Assembly: GCA_048882485.1 (NCBI GenBank)
Contig: JBHLRP010000005.1
Location: 2,601-66,600 of the forward strand
Origin: Candidatus Thorarchaeota archaeon
GTDB taxonomy: Archaea > Asgardarchaeota > Thorarchaeia > Thorarchaeales > Thorarchaeaceae
Direction of reading: 5' to 3'
Length of the DNA: 64,000 nucleotides
Position numbers and translations under genes: made by a program. How positions within the stretch are numbered: position 1 is the stretch's first letter; each line of letters opens with the position of its first letter. The notes below the pieces were generated by a model, which had not been told where the DNA came from, did no database searches, and was given only the letters and a program-made list of their open reading frames with translations. This document shows positions 46,447 through 56,228 of this stretch, one piece after another.

Positions 46447-47304
46447 TTATGGTTGAGATTCCTTGATTCTCACGTGGATGAACTTTGCCAGTTTGAGATT
46501 TGAATTCAGAGTCATGATGAGGCGAGTGCGAAGGCCCCATCTTGGAACTGTTCTAACGCGGGAGAAATAAGGAAACCAATCAACTACATCAAGTAGCTCA
46601 GACCAGCTTTCAATTTGACTTGGGCTTTTGGCATCGAATTTGTGATCAATCCCAGTAATGCCGTACTTTCTAAAACGCCTATTAATGACCCAATTTCCTC
46701 TGGATGAACTACTGTCGAAGATGATTTCTCCTCCTGGAAATCTCTGAGCGATAGTCCTGAAGAATTGTGAAACATCTTCTTCATCAAAATATGCAAAGAG
46801 TCCTCCTGCGATCATAAGAAGTCCATCAGCATAGTTGAAGCCTATGTCTTCCATCCAGCTGAAATCAAAGATTGACTTTGCTATGTATTTACTTCTTGAA
46901 GTTTCAGGGATTAGTTGACGGCGATAATCTATTGCATCTGGGAGATCAAGATCGAACCAATGCAAGGTTCCATTGTCAACTCTAGAAAAAGTCGTGTCCA
47001 ATCCACAGCCAAGATTCACAATTGTAGCATGAGGCTTGCTTTGAAGAAATGCGGCAATTGTGTCGTCGAAGGTTCTGGCTCTGATAGCAAACGCAAGTCC
47101 CAACAGCTCATCTATGAATTCCTCCAACACATCAAAGTCATCCTGTGAGCCAGTATGTTTTCTCTTCACCTGTTCAATGAGATCTACGGCTTGGTCGTCT
47201 TTCAACAATTCAGGATATAGCTGTGAGTATTTAGCACGTGCCCACAAGGGTCCGACCATTGTAGATTGTAGGGTTGATGCAATCTTATCAGCAGATTCAC
47301 TCAT
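46447..47304 (-). CDS. Class I SAM-dependent methyltransferase (LCM/TcmP-like)
   Basis: PLWARA, RARTFD, VNLGCGLDTTF.R, W.DLDLPD. Confidence 0.88.
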   Translation of the reverse strand: MSESADKIASTLQSTMVGPLWARAKYSQLYPELLKDDQAVDLIEQVKRKHTGSQDDFDVLEEFIDELLGLAFAIRARTFDDTIAAFLQSKPHATIVNLGCGLDTTFSRVDNGTLHWFDLDLPDAIDYRRQLIPETSRSKYIAKSIFDFSWMEDIGFNYADGLLMIAGGLFAYFDEEDVSQFFRTIAQRFPGGEIIFDSSSSRGNWVINRRFRKYGITGIDHKFDAKSPSQIESWSELLDVVDWFPYFSRVRTVPRWGLRTRLIMTLNSNLKLAKFIHVRIKESQP

Positions 47305-47442
47305 GCCATTATCTTCCTTCGAGTATTGCGAGATGGTACAAAGATATTCGTTTTTCGCCTAAAGGAAGGCTGGAGAGCAATGTCACAATTTCAGGCTCGA
47401 AGTTTATATCACTGCTATGTTACTGGTTTGCGAGGGAAAGGT

Positions 47443-48486
47443 ATGGTTCAAGTAATCAGCAAGTGCGGGAATTATTGTGGTACTTGTCCATGGGGCTGTT
47501 ACCAACGTGCAAGACTCTCAGAACAGGGTTGGGAATCTTATCGTGACGATGCAAAGAAGTATGTAGGCTTCACACCTACTGCAAAGCCATGCCAGGCTTG
47601 TCAAACTCCTAATGAAAAGCTCGCCAAGGATGTAGGGGTTCATAATTTTGTTCGCGGCTGTCTTGCAAGGGAATGTGCCACATACAATGGAATTCAGAAC
47701 TGTGCTTATTGCTCAAGATATCCTTGTGACTGGATTGAAGCTCATATAGGCGAGATTACTAGAGAAAGCGTTTCGGAACGGCTAGGTGAGCCTGTCCCCG
47801 ATAAGGCTTACGAGCAATTCATTGAACCATTCCAGGGAAAAGCACACCTAGATGCGATCAGAGCCAGCTTAAGTTCTCAAGAGATCGTGGAGTCAAAGAC
47901 AGTGAAGGTTCCTGTGAAGAAGATCGTTGAATATCCTGAGGACGTGAAGATTCGAGCAATAGAAGTGTCAGACCTCAGAGCAGCCCATAACTTCTTGTCC
48001 ACACTAGCGAATACGAAATTCGGATTGAAGCATCCAGACACTATAGCTGGAGCTGGAATAATCAAAGGTAGACGCGATGTTCTCTTTAGATTGCTTTGGA
48101 CCATTATTCAGAACGGCGAGTTTAGAGATGGCGAGAAGAAACTTGTGATTGACGGTGTCATCTATTCGAAGAACAAGAAAGGACGAGATCCCCTCACTAC
48201 GTTGTTTCGAGCAAACATGTATTTCAGGATGCTGAGAAACCTTGGCTTACGAACTGAGCTAATACAGCTATATGATGATTGGACAACTGATATGGGCTTC
48301 CTACGGTCGGTCGTTCCCAAGACTCATGAACCTGCTTGGGAATTGGTGGCATCATTCACAGAGAAGATTGGAGGGGAGTCCACACTCAAGGCTCTCAAAG
48401 CCTATGCGAATGAATTGACACACGAATATGAAAAGGGTGCATACTCTCGTTTCTCAAAAGCAGATATGCGGTTCTTGATTGCTTGA
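47443..48486 (+). CDS. DUF3795 (Cys-rich) domain protein
   Basis: CGNYCGTCP, CQAC, C..RECA...NCAYCSRYPC. Confidence 0.8.
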   Translation: MVQVISKCGNYCGTCPWGCYQRARLSEQGWESYRDDAKKYVGFTPTAKPCQACQTPNEKLAKDVGVHNFVRGCLARECATYNGIQNCAYCSRYPCDWIEAHIGEITRESVSERLGEPVPDKAYEQFIEPFQGKAHLDAIRASLSSQEIVESKTVKVPVKKIVEYPEDVKIRAIEVSDLRAAHNFLSTLANTKFGLKHPDTIAGAGIIKGRRDVLFRLLWTIIQNGEFRDGEKKLVIDGVIYSKNKKGRDPLTTLFRANMYFRMLRNLGLRTELIQLYDDWTTDMGFLRSVVPKTHEPAWELVASFTEKIGGESTLKALKAYANELTHEYEKGAYSRFSKADMRFLIA

Positions 48487-48501
48487 AGGTTGCGAATGCA
48501 A

Positions 48502-49341
48502 ATGAGTATAGAATTACCTGAAGCTTTGATTCTCGCAAAGCAAATGGAAAAAGAGCTGGTCGGGAAGAAGATAGAATCCTGGAACCTAGATGAACTGGAG
48601 AAGCTTCAGAAGTCCAAAATGGTGAGTAGAAGTTTGAAGAACTTTGACAAGCTAAAAGGGAGAACAATTCAGTCAGTAGTATCGAGGGGGAACGGAATAC
48701 AGGTAAAGTTAGACGATGGCATGAATATGTTCTTTGCACCAGAATACGGAGCTGAGTTTGGATTCCATGAGGATAAGACCAGCCTACCTAAGAAGATTCA
48801 TCTGACACTTACTTTCTTCGACAAGACACTCTTTACTTTGAGACTCAAGGGTTGGGGTCACATCGATGCTGCTTCTAATGAAGAACTAGAAGATAATTAC
48901 GTATATCGGAGAGATTTCTCAGATGTGGTGTCTCCGGATGAGAAACGGTTCACTTCTGACTGGTTCGAGGAGCAACTATCTCAGATTTCAAAGAATATCA
49001 AAATGGTATTGGTAGGCAAAGAAGCCATTCTTGTTGGAATTCAGAACAGCACATTTCAAGACGTAATCTATCAAGCTGGTGTACATCCAAAGAAGAAGGC
49101 ATCTGACCTTAACAGCAGCCAAGTCAAAGCTCTCTATAATGCAATTGTTAGGACAATGGAAGCGAGAATCCATCTTGGTGGCAAGCACCAATTCACAGAC
49201 CTCTATGGGAAGCATGGTCAATACGTTCCATCGATGGGGCCTAATATGAAGGGTGCTAAATGTCTGAAATGCAAGACTACAATCGAGAAACTTGCCCATG
49301 GTGGAGGACATGTGTATCTCTGTCCCAAATGCCAGACATAA
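48502..49341 (+). CDS. Fpg/Nei family DNA glycosylase-like protein
   Basis: IELPEA N-terminus, H2TH (GIQNSTFQDVIYQAGVHP), C-terminal Zn finger CLKC...CPKCQ. Confidence 0.82.
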   Translation: MSIELPEALILAKQMEKELVGKKIESWNLDELEKLQKSKMVSRSLKNFDKLKGRTIQSVVSRGNGIQVKLDDGMNMFFAPEYGAEFGFHEDKTSLPKKIHLTLTFFDKTLFTLRLKGWGHIDAASNEELEDNYVYRRDFSDVVSPDEKRFTSDWFEEQLSQISKNIKMVLVGKEAILVGIQNSTFQDVIYQAGVHPKKKASDLNSSQVKALYNAIVRTMEARIHLGGKHQFTDLYGKHGQYVPSMGPNMKGAKCLKCKTTIEKLAHGGGHVYLCPKCQT

Positions 49342-49368
49342 TGAACTAAATGGAGTGGGGAGAATTTC

Positions 49369-50217
49369 GTGAGAGGAAGATCTATTCTCATTGGATTCAT
49401 TCTCCTGAGTCTGCTATCTTCATCGACTGGAATATCACTAGGTAACAGGAAGCATTCACTGAGCATAGGAGAAAATCATATTCTTTCTCAGGAGAATCCA
49501 GTTAGCAACCCCGGATTCGAATCTGGTTCATTCCTCGCTTGGGACAATGTTGAGAATGTAGAAGAGAATGTAATTCAGACATCACGAGTATACTCTGGAA
49601 CCTACGCACTGCGAATGGACTCTATATATTACATATGGGCCTATGTTGATCAGGTATTCACCACGCCTATTTCAGTATCGGTGGATACTAGATTCCTCGC
49701 GGCAATATTTCCTACTAGAACAGGAATAACTTGTGGTGAATATGGAAGAGCCTCATACATTGTGGCTGTCCATGATACTGAAACAGAAGTCATTAGAGGA
49801 CTGAACTACGTCTGGTCTGGCTACGACTATCCTGGTAGTGACATAGGATCAAATGTGACACGTGCCCATTATCTCCTCTATGATTGGGCGCCTAACGAAT
49901 GGCATATTCTAGATCGTTCAATACTGACTGATTATTCTGCAGTTTTTGGAGCGCCTTCTTCTCCTGACGTTTTGGAAATCACATATCTTAGACTTCAGAA
50001 CCATGCATCAAATGGTGCGCCTAGCACATTCTAAATAGATGATGTGGCAATCTGTCCAGAACCAAGCAATCCTACAACTTCAAACGGAGCTACAACAGAC
50101 GCAACATCAATGGCTGTACCCACGGATGTGGATCTCATTATAGTAGACATCATCACTCTCGAATTTGCTATCATTATTGGTATCACATACAAGTCCAGAA
50201 GGAAATCTCGCCAATAG
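49369..50217 (+). pseudogene. Secreted carbohydrate-binding-like protein with premature TAA (50032-50034) before linker and TM anchor
   Basis: Frame continues after TF* as IDDVAICPEPSNPTTS...IIIGITYKSRRKSRQ*; homologous repeats in 57299..59566 end in FIDDI/IFDDV. Confidence 0.7.
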
Positions 50218-50292
50218 TCCCTGCCACCAGAATATATAGAAGTGATTCCTCCTTGGGATTCTCGGAATTTGATTCGCGCGGAGTGGAGGAAA

Positions 50293-50901
50293 ATGAAGAA
50301 AGTAGATCACAAGAAGGTTTTGAAGGAGTTCTACAGTCCATCGTCAAGAAAGCCTTCAGAAGTTGATGTGCCTGAGATGAATTTCCTAATGATTGATGGA
50401 AAAGGTGATCCTAACACAGCGCAGGAGTACAAAGATGCTATAGAAGCATTATACGCCGCTTCCCACACATTGAAGTTCAAGTTGAAGAAAGCTAAAGTCT
50501 TGGATTTCACTGTTATGCCACTTGAAGGACTATGGTGGGTTGAAGGAGAGGAGGGTTTCAAAATAGATTCAAAGGAAGGTTGGTGCTGGACTGCTTTGAT
50601 AATGCAACCTGAACAAGTGTCTAGAACTGATGTTATCGAGGCCATTGCGGAAGTCAAAGAGAAGAAAGATCCTATAGCACTACAGAAGCTCCGGTTTGAG
50701 TCATTTCGGGAAGGCTACTCAGTCCAAATAATGCACATTGGACCATGGTCAGAAGAGAAGCCTACGATTGATGGACTGCATGCCTATGCGGAGGAACAAG
50801 GTTTCAAGCTACGGGGCAAGCACCACGAGATTTACCTAAGCGATCCTCGAAGAACTGCTCCTGAGAAGCTCAAGACTGTGATTCGTCAACCTGTTGCCTA
50901 G
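50293..50901 (+). CDS. GyrI-like domain protein
   Basis: FLMIDGKGDPN, VMPLEGLWW, QIMHIGP, HHEIYLSDPRRT..KLKTVIRQPV. Confidence 0.88.
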   Translation: MKKVDHKKVLKEFYSPSSRKPSEVDVPEMNFLMIDGKGDPNTAQEYKDAIEALYAASHTLKFKLKKAKVLDFTVMPLEGLWWVEGEEGFKIDSKEGWCWTALIMQPEQVSRTDVIEAIAEVKEKKDPIALQKLRFESFREGYSVQIMHIGPWSEEKPTIDGLHAYAEEQGFKLRGKHHEIYLSDPRRTAPEKLKTVIRQPVA

Positions 50902-50988
50902 TCCTCAATATCGTATTACGAGGATATATGAAATTCAGTGCTGGATAGTTACAGGCTATCGTTCGCCAGACGATAGGGGTGCAGAACC

Positions 50989-51561
50989 GTGCAGTTAACA
51001 GACCGGCAGGCAGCGCTGATAGAAGAATTTGCTTTGAAGAAGTATCGATCACTAGACGATACGCATGGAGCAGACCACTGTGAAAAGACTGCAAGCATTG
51101 CTAGCTATTTAGCTAGAAAGGAGGGAGCAGATGAACTCATTGCAAAGATGGGTGCACTACTCCATCAATTTCATCTTGAGGGAGCAGCTCAAGTCAATGA
51201 GTTCCTCCTTAGCATCGATGTTTCTCCTCATATGAGTGATAGAATCGTTCATTGTGTAAGGTGCATAGAACCAACCACTATCCATACTGCAAGGACTATT
51301 GAGGCGAAAGTTGTCTTTGATGCTGACAAGCTCCAGACACTGGGACCATATGGATTAGTCAGAGAGGTTGTCTATCGGACTCGTACGAAGAACGTAGATT
51401 TCAGAGTTGCATTTCGGGAGGCAGAAGAGCTTCAGAAGCAGGTGGCTGTGCTGCCACAGACTGCAACTGCAAAGGCGCTATATGAGAAGATGAAGGCTCT
51501 CTCCATCTCGATGTTTAATGCCATCCGCGAATGGGATGCTTTGGATTTCGTTAGCCAGTGA
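50989..51561 (+). CDS. HD-domain-like protein (HQ variant)
   Basis: THGADH, ALLHQ, TIEAKVVFDADKL..LG. Confidence 0.75.
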   Translation: MQLTDRQAALIEEFALKKYRSLDDTHGADHCEKTASIASYLARKEGADELIAKMGALLHQFHLEGAAQVNEFLLSIDVSPHMSDRIVHCVRCIEPTTIHTARTIEAKVVFDADKLQTLGPYGLVREVVYRTRTKNVDFRVAFREAEELQKQVAVLPQTATAKALYEKMKALSISMFNAIREWDALDFVSQ

Positions 51562-51570
51562 ATTAGAACT

Positions 51571-51600
51571 GTTCAGCATATTTAGTACTTACGTTCAGCA
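51571..51600 (+). promoter_or_regulatory. Direct repeat GTTCAGCA, 22 bp apart, just upstream of a TTTAATA box
   Basis: 51571-51578 and 51593-51600, upstream of a regulator gene. Confidence 0.4.
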
Positions 51601-51647
51601 AAATATTTAATAAGACATATCACTCCACAGGCATTGGGTGGAGTCAT

Positions 51648-52514
51648 ATTTCCGAAGAGCTAGACCATATTATCGAGGATATCATCACGGGATCAGAAGC
51701 TGATATTGCTGCGGTTCTGAGTGCAATAGCTAGCAAGGTTCGTTTGGCGATTCTTGTAGCTTTGAATAAAGTGCCGAGAGAGTTTAGCGAGCTGATGGAG
51801 ATCTCGGGACTAAGTAAGACTGCATTGGCGCATCATCTCAATAGACTAGTAGAGAATGGACTCATTATCCATGCTAGTCGAGGCTTCTATGAGATAAGCT
51901 CCGATGGTGTTGATTTTCTTAGAAGCATCAGTGCCGCTTACGCCTCTTCGAGAAGACGCCATGACCATGAATCTGCTCGTCGGGTGGACTACATCCAGCG
52001 TGTGCATACCAAGAGGAAAGACAAAATGGACGATCTCGAGGTAAGAATAGAAAAGCTTGAGCCTATGCGAGTAGCCAGGTTTCAGGCAATAAGCAAGTCT
52101 CCAGAGAATGACGCATGGGAAAAACTGCGGACATGGGCTGAACCGCGTGGGCTTCTTGATGATGTCAAGAGGAATCCGGTCTTCGGATTCAATAGTCCGG
52201 ATCCATCACCTGGCAAAAAGGAGTATGGATACGAGTTTTGGATCAAGGTCGGAGAAGATGTAGAATCCAAAGGAGACGTAGAGGTCAAAGAATTCGAAGG
52301 GGGTCTTTATGCTGTCACCACTACACCTCTGAAGGCAGATCCCTATGTCACTGATGAAGGGATTATGATTATCGGTGCATGGAAGAGGTTGGGAGAGTGG
52401 ATAAAGGCCAGCAAATACGAATTCGGAGATCAACAATGCTTTGAGCGAGCACATGAGATTGGTGTATCCGAAGACGACCTGATACTTGATCTCTACTGGT
52501 CAATCAAGGAGTAG
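51648..52514 (+). CDS. ArsR-type HTH fused to GyrI-like effector-binding domain (probable ATT start)
   Basis: LSAIASKVRLAIL...FSELMEISGLSKTALAHHL; C-terminal LEPMRVA...YEFWI...FEGGLYAV. Confidence 0.82.
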   Translation: MSEELDHIIEDIITGSEADIAAVLSAIASKVRLAILVALNKVPREFSELMEISGLSKTALAHHLNRLVENGLIIHASRGFYEISSDGVDFLRSISAAYASSRRRHDHESARRVDYIQRVHTKRKDKMDDLEVRIEKLEPMRVARFQAISKSPENDAWEKLRTWAEPRGLLDDVKRNPVFGFNSPDPSPGKKEYGYEFWIKVGEDVESKGDVEVKEFEGGLYAVTTTPLKADPYVTDEGIMIIGAWKRLGEWIKASKYEFGDQQCFERAHEIGVSEDDLILDLYWSIKE

Positions 52515-52679
52515 TCAAAACAAACTTGGTGTGGAACGCAGACGCGCACACTCAGCTGCGAGCTCAAGGGTGCATGTGCATCTGTGCCCCACACTTTCTT
52601 TTCTTTCGTTTGCGCTATTTTGTGTTTCCATAGCGAAATCAGTAACGCTCATAGGTCAGGATTACGCACACAGCCCATC

Positions 52680-53486
52680 ATGACTGAAGTAGAGAAAATC
52701 TTTGAGATAATAAACAATAGACGGTCAATGCGCTGGTTTCTCGACAAGCCGGTGACGGATGAGGTTCTTCTCAAAATGCTGGAAGCTGGAATGAGAGCTC
52801 CATTTGCATCCCAGCTGTGTTCTGTCGTCTACACTCGGGACAAGGATAAGATGAAGAAGTTGAAAATGGGGTCATATCCTACAGCTCCGTTGCTCTTAGT
52901 CTTCTTGATTGATGTAAGGCGCCTCGAGAAGATAATGGTCAAACGCAGTCACAACTATGAATACGATGACCTGATGACACTATGGCTTGGTATCCAGGAT
53001 GTCACCTTGGCAGTAGAGAACCTCACACTTGCGGCTGAAGCATTAGGACTTGGATCTGTTCTCCTTGGGAACGCCCCTCTCCGTGCAGATATCATATCCG
53101 AGACTTTCAATATCCCGAACCGTGTGTTTCCTGTTGTGGGCATGAACTTGGGATATCCGGACCCTGCAGAAAAGACAGAGATTCGTCCTCGATTCCCGAT
53201 TCAGTATAGCGCATTTGAGGACTCATATTTGGATCACTCTGAAAGTGACATTGACGAGTGCATGAAAGTGATGGATGAAGGGATGTTGGCCCAGGGGTAC
53301 TATGTCAAAGAAAGAACGAAGGTCAAACTAAAGGAAGGGAAGGATGACATAGGCTTTGATCAGTATTCCTGGTGTGAACACATTTCAAGAAAGATGTGCC
53401 AAGGCAGATGGTCCGTTGATGATCTCTTTACAATTCTCCAACACCACGGCTTCAATCCAACTGATGAGAGAGATCCACAGATTTGA
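52680..53486 (+). CDS. Nitroreductase family protein (NfsA/Frp-like)
   Basis: RRSMRWF.DKPV, AP, AAEALGLGS, LGYP, RPRFP. Confidence 0.9.
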   Translation: MTEVEKIFEIINNRRSMRWFLDKPVTDEVLLKMLEAGMRAPFASQLCSVVYTRDKDKMKKLKMGSYPTAPLLLVFLIDVRRLEKIMVKRSHNYEYDDLMTLWLGIQDVTLAVENLTLAAEALGLGSVLLGNAPLRADIISETFNIPNRVFPVVGMNLGYPDPAEKTEIRPRFPIQYSAFEDSYLDHSESDIDECMKVMDEGMLAQGYYVKERTKVKLKEGKDDIGFDQYSWCEHISRKMCQGRWSVDDLFTILQHHGFNPTDERDPQI

Positions 53487-53502
53487 AGGGATGTAGCGCA
53501 AT

Positions 53503-54480
53503 TTGTCAGAGAATCGTTTGCTCTATCTTTCGCAAGCCGATGTAATCGCCACCGGGCTTACTATGAGTGAAATCGTGGACGCGTTGGAAGTTGCATTTCG
53601 AGAGAAGGGGAAAGGGCTCGTTGAAATGCCGCCAAAGCCTGGGATACATCCCGGAGACGGAAACAATTTCATCCACGCAATGCCTGCATACATCCCATCC
53701 CTAAAATCTGCAGGAGTAAAGTGGGTGAGCGGCTTCCCTGAGAACGAGAAGAGAGGGCTTCCATACATCTCGGGACTATTGATTCTCAATGATTCAGAAA
53801 CTGGCCTGCCAATATCTGTTATGGACTGCATTTGGATAACAGCAATGAGAACAGGAGCTGCTACTGCAGTCTCCGCAAAATATCTTGCTAGAAATGACTC
53901 TTCATCAGTTGGAGTATTGGGATGTGGTGTCCAAGGACGAAGCAATATCGAGGCCTTGGCGGTGGGATTTCCCCTGGAGAAGGTGATAGCCTACGACATA
54001 AACACGAACTCAGCTAGACTCTATGCAAAGGAGATAAGCGATAGGTTTGGCCTTGAAGTTGAAGTGGTCAATAATCCCAAGCAGGCTGTGACAGGATGCG
54101 ACATAATTGTAACAGCTGGACCAATTCTGAAAAAGCCTCATGCGACTATCAAAGCAGGCTGGATGGACGAGGGTGCATTCGCCTCGCTTGTGGACTTTGA
54201 TTCCTATTGGCATCCAGATGCGCTTCGCGAGAGTAGTAAATTCTGCACCGATGACACTGCCCAGCTTAGACACTACCAGGAGATTGGCTACTTCCAGAAC
54301 ATCCCGCCAGTCCATGCAGATCTTGGTGAGCTCGTTGCAGGGGTAAAATCAGGACGGCAAACCCGGAAAGAGAAGAACATGACTGCGAATCTCGGGCTAG
54401 CATTGGATGACATGGCTGTGGCACCGCTGATATACCATCGGGCAATAGAACAGGGCATAGGGACATGGCTGACCCTATAG
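53503..54480 (+). CDS. Ornithine cyclodeaminase/mu-crystallin family protein
   Basis: HAMPAY, GVKWVS, TAMRTGA, GCGVQG, LGELV, GLALDD. Confidence 0.92.
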   Translation: MSENRLLYLSQADVIATGLTMSEIVDALEVAFREKGKGLVEMPPKPGIHPGDGNNFIHAMPAYIPSLKSAGVKWVSGFPENEKRGLPYISGLLILNDSETGLPISVMDCIWITAMRTGAATAVSAKYLARNDSSSVGVLGCGVQGRSNIEALAVGFPLEKVIAYDINTNSARLYAKEISDRFGLEVEVVNNPKQAVTGCDIIVTAGPILKKPHATIKAGWMDEGAFASLVDFDSYWHPDALRESSKFCTDDTAQLRHYQEIGYFQNIPPVHADLGELVAGVKSGRQTRKEKNMTANLGLALDDMAVAPLIYHRAIEQGIGTWLTL

Positions 54481-54487
54481 CAGGTCT

Positions 54488-54645
54488 TGGTTGATTCATA
54501 GAAGCAGTGTAAAGGGGCAATGAGCCCCTGCCAGAGCCCATTGCCACCAGGTCCCTTGCAAATCCAACCATTTGTTTGCTTTTGAGGAGGTAAGGAAAGG
54601 TTGCATTTCAAAGTTCGTTCATGTTTGTGTCCCAATTTGGGACAT
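54488..54645 (-). ncRNA. Candidate structured small RNA
   Basis: Minus-strand-specific 13-bp hairpin with G-U pairs inside a longer closing stem; TATA-like box and palindromic sites upstream; no convincing ORF. Confidence 0.3.
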
Positions 54646-54657
54646 CCCAATCTGGGA
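54628..54657. promoter_or_regulatory. Tandem palindromes TGTCCCAATTTGGGACA and TCCCAATCTGGGA
   Basis: Same CCCAATTTGGG core recurs at 55295-55305 upstream of the AbrB-like gene. Confidence 0.55.
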
Positions 54658-54697
54658 AGCACCTTCTATTTAAAACTTTGGGTGAGCATTTGAGCTG

Positions 54698-55225
54698 TCA
54701 AAGATAGAAGTCGACTTTCGTAACGCCCTTCATCTTGAGGATTCGCTTCTTCAATGCCTCGGGATCATCAGGAATGGGGGTGAGTATTCTCCACTCTACA
54801 GCATCTTTTTTTATGATGCGTACAATCAGTGCTTCACTGGCATCTAGGAGGGGGATAATTCGAAGCTCCTTCACACCATCTTGTCTACCAAAAGGAATAG
54901 CAATCAAATAGGAATCACGGGTGATCTCTAACATGTTGCGGATTATTCTGCTGGTATGTATTCTGCCTGCTTTGTTCACTTCCAGTGGAACTACATCATC
55001 GCCATCTCTCAAAGCTCCTTCTACTATAGGCGTAGTTGAGTGATCCTCACTGAATACAGATGTCAGTCTAAGTGCCCGATCTGTTGGAGTGATGACCGCA
55101 ATTATTGTTATCGAATCGGTGCTCTTCTCAAGTTGTTCAATATGATTCTCAATACCAAGATACTCTCGGGCAGATTTAGGAATGACAAGTCTGCCTCGGT
55201 CATCAATCCTCAGTATCTCGCGCAT
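54698..55225 (-). CDS. Tandem AbrB/MazE/SpoVT-domain regulator
   Basis: RIDDRGRLVIPKSAREYLGI and EVNKAGRIHTSRIIRNMLEI; short ACT-like tail. Confidence 0.75.
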   Translation of the reverse strand: MREILRIDDRGRLVIPKSAREYLGIENHIEQLEKSTDSITIIAVITPTDRALRLTSVFSEDHSTTPIVEGALRDGDDVVPLEVNKAGRIHTSRIIRNMLEITRDSYLIAIPFGRQDGVKELRIIPLLDASEALIVRIIKKDAVEWRILTPIPDDPEALKKRILKMKGVTKVDFYL

Positions 55226-55470
55226 CTTCAATTTCCTTCGCCTCAAAGCGTCTATAACGAGTGTAAATCGTTGATTCGTTAGCAATGTCTATTGCCCAAT
55301 TTGGGAGGAGATAAGCTATCGAATCATTTGGTTTGGGCTTTCTCTTAAGTTTATCGAGGAGATGCATAGAATCCCGCTAACTTCATTTTCCTTCTAGAAC
55401 GATATAAGATGCCGGCAGACTTGCAGACTAGCAAGAAAGAAATGTGACCGTTTGACTCTCAAAATCTGCT

Positions 55471-56217
55471 ATGGTGGAGCTAGTCTTTGGAGATCCCAAT
55501 GCACTTGACATTATAATGGCCGTATCGACTGGTATCTTGGGAGGCATCGTCTTGGCTGTTGCATACAAGTGGGCAGCGCAGGGAGTAGCCAAATGGAAGC
55601 CCCGCAAGATTGTGCACATAAGTATGGGAACTATCATCGCACTGACTGTAATGCATTACACCAATCTCAGTGGGCCATCATTGGCGGCGGGAATATTCCT
55701 GACTATACTTCTCTACGCATGGGCTCACAAGAGCACGCTAATAGAGGAACTTCTACTAGCTGGCAGCAGACAGAGTGATCAAAGAATGGCTACATTTGCG
55801 GCTGGCTTTATGGGGATGATAGCATTTGGATCGGTATTCCTCTTCTTCTTTCAACAACCAGAAATAATCGTTGCATCGATTCTTGCGGTTTCATGGGGTG
55901 ATGCAGCCGGTGAGGTAATTGGAAGACCCTATGGCTGCCGATTCATCAAGAAACGAATTAAAGGCAAATCGTTTGAGGGTTTTCTTGGTGTATTTGCATT
56001 TTCCCTCCTTTCTGTTGTTACTGCAATGTTGATTTTCCCATCAGGAATATCACCGTTGTTAGTCCTACCACAAATAGCAGCAGTAGCATTGGTAATAGCG
56101 GTTATTGAGCTGCTGAGTATTGCCTGGACAGACAACTTCTTGATTCCAATTCTAACTGCAATTTTGATTTGGCAAGTCCTCTTTCCTACCACTGCGTTTT
56201 GGTTCTTGATGGTCTAG
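55471..56217 (+). CDS. Dolichol/phytol kinase-like CTP-dependent membrane kinase
   Basis: RKIVH, WGDAAGE..G..YG, KSFEG, DNFLIP. Confidence 0.85.
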   Translation: MVELVFGDPNALDIIMAVSTGILGGIVLAVAYKWAAQGVAKWKPRKIVHISMGTIIALTVMHYTNLSGPSLAAGIFLTILLYAWAHKSTLIEELLLAGSRQSDQRMATFAAGFMGMIAFGSVFLFFFQQPEIIVASILAVSWGDAAGEVIGRPYGCRFIKKRIKGKSFEGFLGVFAFSLLSVVTAMLIFPSGISPLLVLPQIAAVALVIAVIELLSIAWTDNFLIPILTAILIWQVLFPTTAFWFLMV

Positions 56218-56228
56218 TATCTAATGTA

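Noticed and set aside
54516-54545. Fluoride riboswitch or SECIS element
   Set aside because: GGCAATG start resembles the crcB motif, but the downstream GCUGAUGA/pseudoknot part is absent; no UGA-containing gene is adjacent
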